The position numbers and the translations under genes were made by a program. This document shows positions 1 through 14,166 of a stretch of 58,484 nt of DNA, one piece after another. This DNA is from Psammoneis japonica (taxonomy: Eukaryota), in the NCBI GenBank assembly GCA_008632985.1, contig QPGO01000317.1, positions 1-58,484 on the forward strand. Direction: 5' to 3'. Below the pieces are notes generated by a model. It saw nothing but the letters and a program-made list of their open reading frames with translations. It had not been told where the DNA came from and made no database searches. Every line of letters begins with the position of its first letter. Position 1 is the first letter of the stretch.

Positions 1-596
1 CTGCAAAGGCCAATGAGATCATCATCATCTTTCACTCCAGTGATGTCTTTCATGAGCTCCATCTGGCGTCTGCGATGCGTGTCTTCCACTCTCTCCTTCT
101 TCTCCACCTTTGTGTCTCTGAGTGCCAAGTCTTCTGCAGCTTTGTCTTTGTCTTCTTCTTCCTTGTCTGCATCTTCCTTCTTGTCCTCAGTTGATTCATC
201 CATGGCCACACCTTGATCTTACTCCTCCATGTTTTTTTTTGCAGCTGCAACCTTGCAGTGCCAGCCACGGCCTTTTGCAGGTCATCCGTCCATTCAGTGC
301 TGTCCTCCCCCTCTTCTGTTTTGTCCATGTCTTCAGCATGCTCCTTCAACTCTTCCCTTCCCTCCTCCAACTCTGCCTTGTCACATGCATCCCATGTAAA
401 AGCGTTGTGCATGCAACAATGGTGATGGATCCTTCTGCAAAATTTGTGCCACACAAGCCCGGGAGCCACCTTGCACCAACCAGCTGGGTGATCCAGCCAG
501 CGGCTTCTTGCAGCAGTCCTTCCTGCTTGGGCCCCCCGGGAAGTGAGCTTCAAAGATGTGTTTGTTGTTGTTGATGGCCTCCACTAACTCAGAGTG

Positions 597-2149
597 TCAT
601 TGCGGTGCAGGAGGCTTGCACACCTGGTCCGGCAGACACGGATGGTGTTTGTCTTCATCAACATTGAGCAGCCGCATCACATGGCTGTGCCACCAACCTG
701 CAATGATGTCAAACAATGCCTCCAATGGCAGCATCTTCTTGGGGTCACATGACTCAAACAGTAAAATCCTCTGGCAGCCCATCAAACAACAGACAAGCAC
801 TTTGCACTTTGCATCACTGGGAAGCTGGGCAATGTGCAGATCTTGCAACATGTCATCATCTGACTGTTCAAGCTTCTCCTTTTTGCAATGCTTGTCATGC
901 AAAACACAGTCGCAACTGTCAGACACATTGCTCTTCTTCAACTTCTTATGCTTGGTGGGTGGTTTGCGATGCTGCTTTTTGTCCACCTGCCTCCTCTGAG
1001 CAATTTTGTGAGGAACAGAGCAATGGTTGATGGTTTCACCCCAGTGCTGTTTTGCAGATAAAATGGGATGACTTGTTTCACAGTGGAACTTGACATGCAA
1101 TCCCTTCAAAGCCAACATTTCAAAATGATTCTTGAACCGCTTTGGAGACTTAATGTCCCACCAACTTTTGTGCATGACATTGCCAAAAGGCAGCCACGCT
1201 TTCTTCCTCAAATCTTTGGTTGATTTATCTGGATCACAGGTTTTTAGGTGTTGAGTGTTGACCAAAGATTCCTTGTGAAATCGGACCTGGGCATTCAGCA
1301 AATGTTCAGCAACACAGGTGTCTTCATCAAGTGGTTCCTCCCAATGGTCTTCATTTTGGCTGATCTCTGTTCTGACGTTGTCACACTTGAGGCTGGAATG
1401 AGGCAATGGCAAAACAATTGCAGAGCTCATTGGAGCAATTGTCTTCTTGGCACACAGGGCAAGAGTGTTGCCTTTGCCCTTCTCCATGAGATCCCCCCAC
1501 TTCCAGTGCTTTTTGATGTCCGCCAGGTCAGAACGTTCACTCATTGTGTCCATGATGTCCTTGAAAACCAACACTCCCATGAAGCAAGACTTCAATGTCT
1601 TCTGACAATGAAGACATGCATCCATCTTCTTGGTGACACCATGGCAAATTGCTTGGGCAAGTCCAATCAAAAAAGGACAAATGCCTTGACTCAAAGGCAC
1701 AGTCTTTTGTTCATCATCGCCCGTCCTGAACACCACAACCTTGGAGTCTCACACATGGATGTAATCAACAATCAGGCCAATGTTTGTCTTGACACAGTGC
1801 ATCAAAACAGCAGCAACATTTTGGTTCTCCTTCATGATGTCCCTGATCAACATTCCTGATGGCACCGCAACCAGCATCAAGAGGTGCTGGTGCTTGTCTT
1901 TAATGCAGTTCTTCAGCTGCTGTTTATTCTCAGGGTGAAATGCTTCACAAAACCAATCGACAACAGCGTTGTGGAACATGTTCCATGTTTTGGAACTGTT
2001 GAATCCATCAGAGCCATTGTTGTGATGAAGAAGATGGAAGAGAGGGCTCTGGTCTTCTTGATTTCATGATCTCTCATGGCAGAGACGTCATCCGTGGTCA
2101 AGACGCTCAAATCCACAAGACCTTGTGGGCACACAAGGGGATCAACCAC
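597..2149 (-). pseudogene. Degenerate TE-associated ORF of unknown family, possibly with a GNAT-like segment
   Basis: Collinear minus-strand ORF pieces at 1913-2149, 1749-1979 and 597-1736. IVDYIHV...SQGICPFLIGLAQ weakly resembles GNAT motif A. Confidence 0.25.
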
Positions 2150-2375
2150 ATCTTGGAGAGGTGCAGTGTGCCAAGTTCTGCCTTTGCCCTTCGGTGGGCA
2201 ATGTTCCTTGAGTGCCTCAACACAGCGCTTGATGCAAAAGGGACACCTTCAATGGGCTGGAAGTGTCATTGTCAGCTTGAAAGGAACAATTGCCACCAAT
2301 GGAAGAATCAACCATTCCTTGACATTTCTTGGCAGCTGCTTTGGCCAACATGTCCATGGCAATTGCACTGCTTTT

Positions 2376-2630
2376 GCACTCCTGTTTGTACAACAAATGC
2401 ACTCCAGAGAGGGGGACAACGTCAGTTGCCGCAAAATTGATGCAGATGAAAAGAGGCAGCCTCCAAGGCAGTTCCAGATGCTGGAAAGTGTCAAACAGCA
2501 AGCTGCACTTCCGCTTGTATGACAAATGCACTCCAGAGAGGGGGCCAATGTCAGTTGCTGCAAAAGTGATGCAGATGAACAGAGGCAGCCTCCAAGGCAG
2601 TTCCAGATGCTGGAAAGTGCAAACAGCAAG
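2376..2630 (+). repeat. Tandem duplication, 2 x about 129 bp
   Basis: acaaatgcactccagagagggg...gcagttccagatgctggaaagtg occurs twice, in units starting at about 2376 and 2505. Confidence 0.9.
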
Positions 2631-5600
2631 TGTCACAGTGCAATCAAACCAACACAAGATTGTTCCAGTGGCAACTGTTGCGCAGAAAACGTTGGGGCAA
2701 ATGCTTGAGTGATGTGGGAATTCCAAACAACCTGGTGCAAAACAACCACAAAACGGGGCGTGAGAAGCAACCAGAAAAAATCACACGTGCAGTGACATGC
2801 GGCAACAACAACATGATAAATCAAGTTGCCAAATTTGAAATGAGAGAGTGCAAAGAGATGGTGTTGTCTGCAACAACAGCAACTCTACAGAGCCGCAATC
2901 ACAATGTGACAACAATGATGTGACTTTTAAATGAATGGAACAGACGGTTCCATGCAACCGCAAGGGCAAAGAGGGGGTTGTGGAGTGGCAACAGTGGTGT
3001 GCTGCATTGTGGCTGGTGTTGTGTGTTGGGCTTTTTGATGTGGACGGCACGTGCACGTAGAAGTCGGTGTTGTCCTGCGCATCGCCAGAACAACATTAAA
3101 TGCCAACTGACACGATTCCACCTGTGACAAAATGTGCACCTTGGTGGTCGGAGATGATCATTGACATCCCATGTGTCCCATCATTGGAAAATTAATGTTC
3201 GCAAAAAGCCAAAAAGTGCGAGCTCTGCCGGGTGGAGACAAAAATGTCTGGTGCTGAAAACTCCATAGAAAATCTTGCGTGATGAAAAGCTGATCACCTG
3301 GAGCTGGAACAGGCCAATGGAGAGCAATGTGAGATGGAAGATCTGATCAAACAAAACCATCTGGCCTGCTCTTCTGTCAACCACATGAGCATTGCACAGC
3401 ACCAGACAGGTTTGTCAATCTCCCTGCCATGATGGGAAACAAAATGAGTGAGCCTTGTGAAGACTCTGCAGCTGCAAAGACCCAACACTGCGCACTGCGT
3501 CACATTGACTCCAATGCAAATCAAGCAGAGGTCATGCATTTGTCTGCACACAACATTGTGTGTCTGTCAACACAGCACAGTGCAGCTCTTTTCTTGACAA
3601 GACCCTGGATGTCACAGGAAGTGTTTTGGTGAACTGGGTTTTGAGGTCATTGTCATGCAGGTTTTGGAAGATGTGTGTGTGCAACAATGGTCTTGCCCTT
3701 TTTTTCTGTGTGCAAAGTGCCCAGTGAGCTGCCATTTTTGATTCAAAGCAATGCAACATGCTTTTGTCACATGGAAAAGTTGCGGATGGTGGGTGGGTCC
3801 ATTCAACCCCACATTTTTCTGATGCATGGAGCTGAAGCCAAGACCTAGGACTGGCAGATGATTGAGCTGATGGCCAATTTTCGCAAGCTTCAACCTTCCC
3901 AACCTTCTTGCAATCTCACCACATGCTCAAGACCACAACCATGGCATCATTCTTTTTGAAACAATGACTTGGATTGCTTGTTGCAGATTGCAATGTGGCT
4001 GCTGTTGCCATTCATCATTTAGAAGACAGTTGGGTTGTTGTTGTAAAATTCTGCATGCAGCAGGGGACAAACAGCTGGAACAATTCACCCAAAACACATT
4101 TTTTGCTGGTGTGTCCACCATCTAAATTTTTCTGCTTTTTGTGTTGAGTGTTGATGTGGGAGATTGCATTGTTGCACAAATGTCTCTGTTGTCCCTGTTA
4201 GAAGGCATCTGTGGCATGACACATTTTCCCAGTCTTGGCTTCTTGAGAGTGGGTCATCTTGGCACCTCTCCCTGTCTCTTTCTCTCAATGAGCATCACCT
4301 TGCTGTTGGCTGCTGCTGCTGCTGCCGCTGCCATGAAGGTGCCCAAGACCTCACTGGCAGAGGCTCATGACAACAAGGTTCATTCATTCATTGAATGACT
4401 TGAGATTGACAATGGTGATTTTCATGGTGTGTGGTCTCCATGAAGATGTCCTGGGCAGTGGGTCAAAACAGAGGGATCAAGTGGCTCCTCTTTTGCATCC
4501 CTTGCACTCTCCACTCCAGCAAATTCCTGCAATGTGACTGCACATCATTTCTTGTTGCATGTGGGCAGCACCACAGAGAGAGAACAAAAGAAGCTCAGAC
4601 AAGAGACATTGGCCATGCAGTGCTGGCAACAGCTGCTCCAAAGAGCTGTCCCAAACATGAGGAGCACACACATGCCCCAGTGAAGGCCGGGTCCTTCATG
4701 ACAACAGAGAGCTCAGCTGCCACAAATGGAGCAAAATAGCTGAAGTGCAAATTCAATGTCTGTGTTTCCTGCACCACCTGAGAAAGACATTTCTCCTTCA
4801 TTTCCAAAGCACAAGCTGTGCTGTGGTCTCTCCCCATGTGTGCCAGAGTCAATTCCATCTGCTGCAACTGAGCTGCCGCACCAACCCATGCTGCTTTGTG
4901 CAACAAGTGGACAAAGTTCTGTCCATCACAAGAGGCTCTTGACAAAACATCAGAGCTGGTGGGAGGCTGTGCACCAGCTCTTTGAGCCTTGCTGGCATGG
5001 AAGTCTGCCTCATGTCACTGTGGGAGACTGTGTGTTGAGAGCACTCTGCTGTCACAGTTGGGAAAGAGCATGTTGCAATTGACCTGCCAACAGCACTCAC
5101 CTGCTTCCAAGTGCAGCATGCAGTGTGCAGTGCCAGTGCAGCAAAACCAGCCATTGACACAAAACAAAGAGCAAGCTGCTGCACATTCTGCACCCCACAA
5201 CAAAGTGCACCAGAGGTGCAGACTGCACTGCAAAACATCAAAGACAGCATGCAGTGTGGACGGTGGGCTGTCATTGCTGCAAGAGTGGCACGCCAACACC
5301 ACCAACAACAAGAGGCAGAAAGAACAGAAGAGCTTCAGGAGACTGGCTCTTCCAGAGAGTGCACAGTTGTTTCTGATGAGACCATCATCAGAAAGTTGTG
5401 GGTGCCACTGTGCTTTTCCTTGTGATGGAAATCAGCAGGCCCCCTGAGTCCTGGCAGCACATGCTCCTGTAAGATGAGCAAGAACTTGGGGGCAAAGCAA
5501 GGGTGGGCACCTGCTTTTTGGCTGGCTTGGCACCTGATGCATCATGTGTGCCACAACAGACAATGCAACAAATCATGACACATCCATGACCTGTGTGTGC

Positions 5601-6236
5601 AGTGTGTCAATTTGCTCAGCCCAGGCACTGAGTCAAGCAAGCAACTGGCTGAGCATGTGTTGATCATTTGAGTTTTGAGTGCAAGGATGGTGGCTCATCA
5701 GAGGCCACAATGTGGTGCTGTTCACTTTCTCCTTTGTCTCATTTGGGACATTCAATGTTGTGTGAGTGCATTGTTTTTTTTTTAACTTTGCTTGCAAAGG
5801 TGTCAGTCACGTTGAAATTGTTGTCACCTTTTTGTGTGTGTTGTTGCTGCCTTTTTGTTTTGATTTAATTTCAGCAATGCATTTTCATTTCAATTTCATT
5901 CGCGCACAATGCGTTTTCTTTTGACAACTTTGTTGCATGTTCATCAAAATGTTAAATTTGACAGTTCTTTTCAACAGCTCCACCCCACTCATGCACCACC
6001 ACAGAGGATGGCATTTCTTCTGTGCCCAAGTCAGCCCCATGAGCACTTGGCTCATTGTTTTCACCTGCACTTGCCAGAATTTCAGTCCATTGCTCTCCAC
6101 CTGGTTTTTGGTGCATTTTCTGCATGTGCAATGCTCTGCCTGTTTCATGACAGTGCATCCTCTGCCCAAAATGCATTTGATGAGAGTGTGTGCTGTCATG
6201 ATTCATGTGCATTCTACATGAATCGGCAACTGACTG

Positions 6237-9200
6237 TTGGCCATGGCAGCCAACAACTTTGCCTTGTCTCAAGACAAGGTCGACCCTGACCCTTCCTTCC
6301 AAATTGCCGATGACTGCAATTTTGATGAAATGGAACATTTCACCAATGGTTTTGGATTCGAATTGTTTGGACCCAAGCTCAAAAGCAGAATCGCAACACG
6401 TGCATTCAAAAAGCAGTTTTTGGAGATGACAAATTGGACCCCCTCTCCAGAATTCCTTGCTCTTCCCTTCCTTTGCCACAAGCCAAAGTTGCGTCATGTT
6501 CCATGCATTGTGGAAGTCATCCGCACCAATGACATTGCAAGGAAAACTCTTGGCTGTCCCAACATCTGGTCCCACATCATGACTCAAGGTTGGTCCATTG
6601 AGAAATCTCACGTGCTGAAAGGTGAATGTGTCCTTTGACACAAAAATCTCAAGGAGGCTCTCTGTTTCTCCAAAACATCTGGAGAGACAGAAAAAGAAGA
6701 GCAGAACTGTGTGCTTCTCCACTGCAACATCCAGGCAATGGCAGAATTTGTCTGTGCAATCATCACCAGTGATGACCCAAATGATCCCGTCTCTGGTGAG
6801 CCTTGTTTCCGTTTTTTACGTTGCAAAAGTCTCCAAAATTTGATCAACAAACAAGCCCAAGTCCTCCACAGTGCATGCTTTGTCACTGACATTGTCATGC
6901 ATTGCGTTCAGTGCAAACCCAAGGACATGGGCTGTTGGTTCCTGAAGATTTTTTGTCATGTCAACACCCAAAAGGAATGGCGCATGTTTGTCAACAGCTT
7001 TCTGGTCACATGCGCTGCCAATGATCCTGGTTCCCAGGCGGGTGAGATCAAAAACACCGTGACACGTTGGGGGCACACGAATCATGAATTTGGGAAGCGT
7101 TGTCCTGAGGAGCAAACTGGCATCCAACCCAGGTGCAGCAAGCAGCTCACAATGCTTTGTTGCAGAATGCATGATCAGAGGGCTGACTGCTTGGCAGATG
7201 ATGACAAACAAGAGTGCAAATTAAAGCAAATGCAAAATTAAGAGGATCTGCAAAGATGGCACCTGTTTGTATGATGGTGAGCAACCCCCCCCCCTGCCTT
7301 CATTCCCCTGCCTGCATCTGTTGTCTCAAGGCCCCTCCTCCCACCCTCTGACTTTACATGCCCCACCAGAGCCTTCCTTGACCATCCCAAACAAGAAGGC
7401 CAAGCCTGCATCTTGCTCAAAACCAGCACCTCCTTCATTGTCTGGTGATGTGCCATGGTCCAGGGAGGCACACCAGACTCTCAATGCCAATCTTCTGTTG
7501 CTCTTGGAAATCATGGATCCCCAAAAACCCTCTCCTGCTTCCAAAGGTGCTCCCTCCAAATGGCACTCCTCTCTTCCATCTGTTTTGGCAAATCCTGCTG
7601 TCATCATGTCTCCTCCCACCAACCCCAATGACATGTCGTGGCTGGACAAGTCCACCCTCCACGATCGCGTTGACCCGTCCAAGTGTCAGCCTGTCACCTC
7701 CAAGGAAGTTGCTTCTCATTTGTCACATCTGCACATCATTGACAAAGCCACCGACACTGATCGTGTGCTTCATCATTCCGCTGCCAACTTTCACCTGGCA
7801 GACAACTTGCGGGAAAACAGGCACATGTTCTCAAACAAAACTCCTTCATGTGATCCCGCCACCACATCTCATGTCCAAACCAAGCACCCTCCTCACCTTG
7901 ATCACTTCTCTGAGGAACTGTCCATCGCCCAACAAGCCGACTCTCTGTACAAAGGGCACTTTGGGTGCCTTCGTGCATGCATTCCCACCCGTCTGCTTTT
8001 TATTTTGTTGAAGGGTGAGTCAAATTTGACTGATGATGGACTGGTTGCAGTTCAAAATGGCAAAGGATGTAGGATGAAGTTTGGTTGTGCCGGGCAAGCG
8101 CATCATCCAAAGGTGCCCGGCTCCACCAAACTTGCCAAACCCAAGGCCACCTGTGGACTTCATGTTTTCGAGCAACGCCAAGGAGTTCTCCAAAATCAAG
8201 GCCATGGCAGCAGACATTCTTGACTCGATTCAGCCACACAAAAACGAGGCAGAGCTGCAGGAAAACGAGGTAGAGCTGCAGAAACTGAGCAATCCGCCAC
8301 CATTCAACTGGTTGTTTTGGTGCAAGGAGCATTCGAAAGTGTTGTGCAACAAAATGGGTTGTCTTTTCTTTAAATGCAAGGACGTCACTGCGCAGGGATT
8401 GTGCATTTCCTGGGATCAAGTCTGTGATGGTCACTGCGACATCAAAAACTGCACCTGGAGTTGATGTGGGAAAACAGCCACAGGTTTTTTTTTTTGTGGA
8501 TGCCTTTGGTGACACATGGTCCTTCAAGGCAGTTGCCAATGGCAGAACCCCCACTGGTGAATGCTGTGATGACCAGTGCGACATGAAGCCAATGCTGACT
8601 TGCGTGCTTGACTTTGCACATAAAGACTTGGACCTGCAACACAATGGTCCCTCCCACCCTGATGTGTTGCTTTCCAGCAGTGCATTCAAGCATCTTTCCC
8701 TTGACAACAACAGGCCGTGGGACAATGTTGCAACAGGCGGAGGTGGCAAATTGGGGTGTCTCAAGGTGTGCATGGATCAGCTCAAGTTCCCAACATTCCC
8801 AGTTCGGGACTTTCACTTGTCTGCTCCAGTCACAGTGCTCTGCCGTTTCAAGAACATTGTGCACCAATCTGGGCCAGACCCAAAATGAGTCATCAGATTG
8901 GCAATCCATGCAGAGGTCATCCAACTGGACATCACCGCTTTTGCCATGTGGGGGACAAGCATCTGCCTGACCTTTGTTGCAAAGGCACAGACCCATTTGT
9001 GCAACAATTTGCCAATTGCTTGATGAGTGCATTTGGCATGTTGTTCGGCGACCCACAGGCTGGACAGATCAGCCCCACCTGCAGCATGCGACTGTCATGT
9101 GCATGCACATGATTGCACATCATTCACATGTCAATCGTGCCACAGTCGTGGATGCGTGCGAAGGACAGAATGATCACACAGAGTTGGTCGGATGTCGAGA

Positions 9201-9257
9201 ATTGCAAATGCGATCGTACGATGATGTTGACATCTCATGTGTCAATGTCAATTGTAC
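6237..9257 (+). pseudogene. Long degenerate ORF of unknown TE, interrupted by the ISL2EU insertion
   Basis: Successive plus-strand frames 6237-6638, 6711-7241, 7267-8223 and 8424-8888 are broken by TGA stops and frameshifts. No family motif recognised. Confidence 0.35.
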
Positions 9258-9352
9258 AGACCTTTTTTGGCGGATGATTGATGGACCATTGTGACAGCGC
9301 CAACTCTTCAGACCGCAGAAGCCACAAAACATCAGAATCAGCCGCAACGACG

Positions 9353-11911
9353 ATGACACCCCAGCTCACACTGCTGACCTCACCATGTCGTTTTTTCGTG
9401 ATTTACACACTGTCGAGCAAGCATCCAAGTTCCTTGATGTCTTTGCAGCGGCCTTGCACGTTGTGGAGCTACTTGAGGGGGAAACATGCTCCATCTCTGG
9501 ATGCAACTGCCCTGCCGTGTGCCGCAACAGATCAAGAGGACCTGGCTCCGGTCACTTTTGCATTCTCCACTGTCAAGGGTGGTTCCCAAAAGCTGATCAA
9601 GAAAGCAATTGTCAAGGGTGGGGTCTCTGTGGGTCTCAACATCTCTGTGATGAAGCACTTGGTTGCAAACAGAGTTGCTGTTGCTGTGACGACAGCTGCT
9701 TGAAGATCGGCTGCTGCACAACCAACGCAAGGATGCCTCGAAAGAAGGAAATTTGGACCAAGATTGTAAATGCCATGGGTGGAGACCTCTCAGATGTGGT
9801 GAAGGACAAGCTTCAAAATGAGCCATGTGCGGGACTGTGGCTGGCCCCGTGGCATTTTAGACTGGAAGAAAGGACACACAATCCCAAGACGAAAGAATGG
9901 ACGATGAACGAGATTGATCCCAACAAGCAATGTCATGATGGCGACCACTTTGCACGGACTGGTTTTCCACCACCAAACCACCTGCCTTCAGACTGAATTG
10001 CATGCAAGCTTTCTGATCCTGCTTGGGAACGACCAATTGACAGGTGGAAAAGCAAGCAGGCGGCATCAGTGCGAGCCGCAGGCTTGCCGTCGTGGGTTGT
10101 GGCACACCGTTTGGTCAAACCACTGAGTGAGCGTGATCCCAAAACTCCTCTTACACAAAACTCAAGTTGTTGCAAAGAAAATGTCTAAGATGGCTGCATT
10201 GAAAACAGAAGAGTCAGAAAAGAAGGATGACATCATTGCAAATCTTCGCAGCACCCTTGCACTCGCAAACCACGACAAGAATGTCTCTGAGAAGAATGCA
10301 AAGCAACTTCAGAACCAACTGGAGTCCTGCAAATTGGAACTCATTAAGTCCAAAGAGACAATGCTCGAGTTGGAAGACGAGTTGGTGGCTGCTCATGCCA
10401 CAAACAAGGATCGTCCTTTGTCTTGCAGCAACCTTGCGCCAGGTGGCAGACTTTCAAAGGCAGTGAGGACGCATGCGCATTTTTCCAACTGTGATTCTAA
10501 TGAGGCCTTCCTGCGTGTTCTGAATTGGGATGATGACACAGAGGGAGGTGGTTGCGACCATGGCGATGGACTGTGTGTTGGCTTTCGTCAACACAGCAGG
10601 GTGTCTGCCAAAGAACGACTCAGAGAAGTGGATGTCAGTGACCAGGAGTTTCCCACCAAACCTGAAGCAAGAGTTGTTGATTGGAAGACCAAATGCTTGA
10701 TCTGTTCTGTGCATGCAAAACTTGGAATCTCGTACGAAGCCATGGAACCTTTGTTTGCCATCTCTCCTGGCATCATCAGTGACATGACACATGCTTGGGC
10801 TGTCTTCTTGAATCATTCTCTGTCACTGTGGTTTCCGACTCCAACCAGATCACAAATGCTGCGGGCTTTCCCTGATCAATTTGTGTGGGCTTATGGACAT
10901 GCCCTTGTCTTCTTACTTCTCGATGCAACAGAGTGTTGGACACAGACAACAACCAAGAGTGATGCTCACTCGAGTGTGCACAGTGACTGCAAAGGTCATG
11001 ACACAACAAAAATGCTTGCAGGCACAGATCCCATTGGTTGTTCCCATGATGGATCCATCACGGAAGATGGGTGCCCGGGATCAATTTCAGATCCTGTCGC
11101 AACAAAGATGAGCAAGCTTTTGGACAACGTGCCCTTTGGTCACACGACTCTGGATGACAAAGGATTCACGATCGACAATTTTGCAGCACGGAAGGGCGTT
11201 GGGACCCAACGACCTCCGAAGAAGACAAAGCTGCAGGTGAAGCAATCAGAAGCGGACACGGCTGCAACGCAAAAAGTTGGGAATCTGTGAATCTTTAGCA
11301 AGATGGTGAATGGAGCTGCAAAGATGTTGACGCATTGTTTTGATTTGCCAGTGCCGATCCTCCAGCTTGGTCTTGTGCCTTTGATGTTTCGAGTGGCACA
11401 TCTGATGCAGAACTTTCATCCTGCATTAATTCATGGGCAGACGTCATCATTCGTTGACAAAAATGGCAAGGTGCAGTCAAGAAAGCGACCATGCCGTGGT
11501 GAGATCCGATGGTGCGGCGCAACAGATGAAGGCCTGTTGGATTATAGAGGTCACATTCATCTTTGGGGCAACGTAAAAGAGGTTGATAGATTCACTTTTC
11601 TGAGAAACGAGCACCTAGACAAGAGTCTTGTCGAAACAGGCGAGATGGCACTGCAAGAGAAATGGGACAACAAGCTGCGAGAAGGTCACACGAAGCATGC
11701 AGTCGGCAACCCACAAATTATAACAACGAATGTCGACACTGTCGTTACAAAAAAGAGTGACCTTGCTGTCATTACAACAACGAGTAAAAGTGCTGTCGTT
11801 ACAAAGCATGTCGATGCTTTCATTGCAACACCAAGTAAAAGCACCACAGTTGCAATGCATGCCACCAACATCATTGCTGCAACAACAAGTGCCGACACGT
11901 CACCACTCTAA
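9353..11911 (+). pseudogene. ISL2EU/Harbinger-type DDE transposase with Cys-rich/THAP-like N-terminus, inactivated
   Basis: Motifs WFPTP..MLRAFP, LLDATE, HSDCKGHDTTKMLAGTDPIG (consensus YSxYKxxNTxKxLxGxxPxG), PGSISD and DDKGF. In-frame TGA at 11288 (probably from CGA) and a frameshift near 9390. Confidence 0.8.
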
Positions 11912-14166
11912 GACTCTCGCAGTGTTCTGAATAGATCTTTAATTGCGGCACGATCACTGCGAAAGCAAGCTTCATCAAGCATTTTCTTGCGTTTTGCTGT
12001 GGTCCCATGGATTTCGAAGTTAGCTCCGACACCCTTTCTAACATTTCGAAAGGTGTCCGAATCACGCTTCTTTGAAAGCTTCTTCTCCCCTTCCTCTATG
12101 GTCCTGGGTGCTCTGGCAATCTGCATCTGTGAAACGTGACTTGTTGTTCTTGTTTGCGGTCGGCTTGAAGATGGTTGGAGCCACGTGCAAAAGTCAATCG
12201 TTGACGGCTTCTCTACAAGGCAGTCTTTGCCCCAATGAAAGCACTGGGACCACATGGTCCTAGCTTTGTGACTGCAGCAGCCCAGCCCGGCAGCACATGG
12301 GCCCATGCAGAGTGATGCAACAATGCCCGTGATTCGACCAAGGTTGTGTTTGTCCTTGTCAAACGAAGTCTCCTCCACTCGCAGCACAAGCAATGTCAGA
12401 TGCAACCGTCGATGAGCACGTTCGCCCGGATCCGCATTTCGTTTTGCAGTGGAATCGGTTGTCATGGATGCCGGTTGTTTTGCCAGGACATGCAGCAGCT
12501 CTCTGTCCTCGGAGAAACAGATGGCGTGACAATGCAGCTGTTTCTCCTCGCATGCATGCTGCAACGTCCCCCCAATGCTTTTCTGATCAATGTTTCCACC
12601 AATGTGAGCAAAGCATTGACATGTTGTAGACTCTGGCAGTTCAGGACTTTCAACGCAATTGTTGTCAAAGTCATCACTGAACTTTCCTCCAACAAACAAG
12701 TTGCGGCAGTCCTCGAGGTGCTTCTCAATGTGGCAGCTCCGTGGATCCAAAATAAACGGGTCGCTCAATTGATTGTTCAAGATTCGGAGAATGGATTCTT
12801 TGCTGTTGTCATGTTTTGTCTCAATTTTTTTGAATGATCCACTGGTCTTCTTATCTCGATTGCATGCATGACATGGCTGGGGAACGGAAGAGAACAGGTT
12901 TTGGAAGCCTCGTGCCGACTGCCTCATTTCGTCACACGACATGGCGGATCCCATGTCATTCACTGTGTTTCCACCATGAGCACTCAAGCAGTCTTTTAAT
13001 TCAGCAACAGCACAATCCTCCACTCCCTTGTTCTTTGGCAGTGAGAAGCTGGCCATGCTGTCGATCTCCTCTTTCGAACAATGAAGTAACTGCGACGTGC
13101 TCATTGACTCAAGTGCTCCTTTCTCCTGGTTGGAAAATTCCTCGCACATTCGTGGATTGATCAATCCGCCAGAATGCTGTCTTGTCCTTTCATTTGACCG
13201 CTCTATCATTTTGCCAGACTGTACAATGTTGCTGTTGCTGTCACAATGGTGACAGTCTTCGCAACACGTCACAACGTCGCGAATGTACGTTTCACACCGT
13301 TCCACAGCATGCAAGTCGTCGTGAACGTTTTTGTTGAGTTTTGAGCTAAGATGGAGAGCAAAGCTAGTGACCAGCAATTCAACTGTCACACCTGGACAAC
13401 TCAACATGGACTGGAATGTGTCAGCTGCCGTTTGCTTCCCAGCACCGTGTGTTCCACTTTTGTCCGGCGCATGATCACATCCGAAACAAGCTCCACAAAT
13501 CTGGAACACAGTGTGGCCGAACTTCTTGAAAGATTTCCAAATTATGGCAGATGGATTGTTTGAGTCGAGCTCTAGACTGTCTGGAATTGATGCAAGATCA
13601 AAGCATCAAAAATCCTCTCTTGAACAGCTGTCAACCACCATGACACGCTGGTGCCCAAGCGCAAGGAGATCGCTGTCGCCCGTGATTGCAGCATGCGGAC
13701 AGCCACCGTCATCATTGTTGAACCCAGTCAGGTGGCATTGGTGATCTGCCTCTCCATGTGCAACAATGGAATCGATGCCAAGGTCATTGCACACCTTCTT
13801 CATCATCACCATGAACAATGGAGCCGTTCGACTGCTTGCTTGTTTGCCATGTTCAGCAGCTTCTCGGCGGAGGGCATCACGATGCTCATGTTCATGGCGT
13901 TTGTCGGCCAAGTCTTGACCATCAAAGACCACAAACATGTTCCACTGACATGTGCATCGGAAGCAATAAATCTCACGAGCAAAATGTTGGAGTGGGGCGG
14001 AGCAATCAACATTCTCCTTGTCGGTTGAGGTGCAAGACATCACACAGCTTCGGAGAAGGCCTGCTGCATCAAACGAAACACGGTTTTTCCCAAAATTCAG
14101 CTGACGAAACGTCTTTGGCCTGTCCGGGGGTAAAGGCACTGGTGGTGGAAGTCCGTGGATTCCCAT
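11908..14166 (-). pseudogene. XPG/FEN1/EXO1-family 5' nuclease with H3TH, SAP-like and SWIM zinc-finger regions
   Basis: MGIHGL start, VVFDG..DKRHEHEHR, VAHGEADHQC and ITGDSDLLALG (XPG-N/I). GCDH..GAGKQTA is H3TH-like, AVAELKDCLSAHG is SAP-like, and CMGPCAAGLGCCSH is SWIM-like. Frame break at about 13510-13606. Confidence 0.75.

Noticed and set aside
11288..11290. Selenocysteine or readthrough at an in-frame TGA
   Set aside because: The position corresponds to the conserved Arg of the NLRI motif, so CGA->TGA decay is the simpler explanation.
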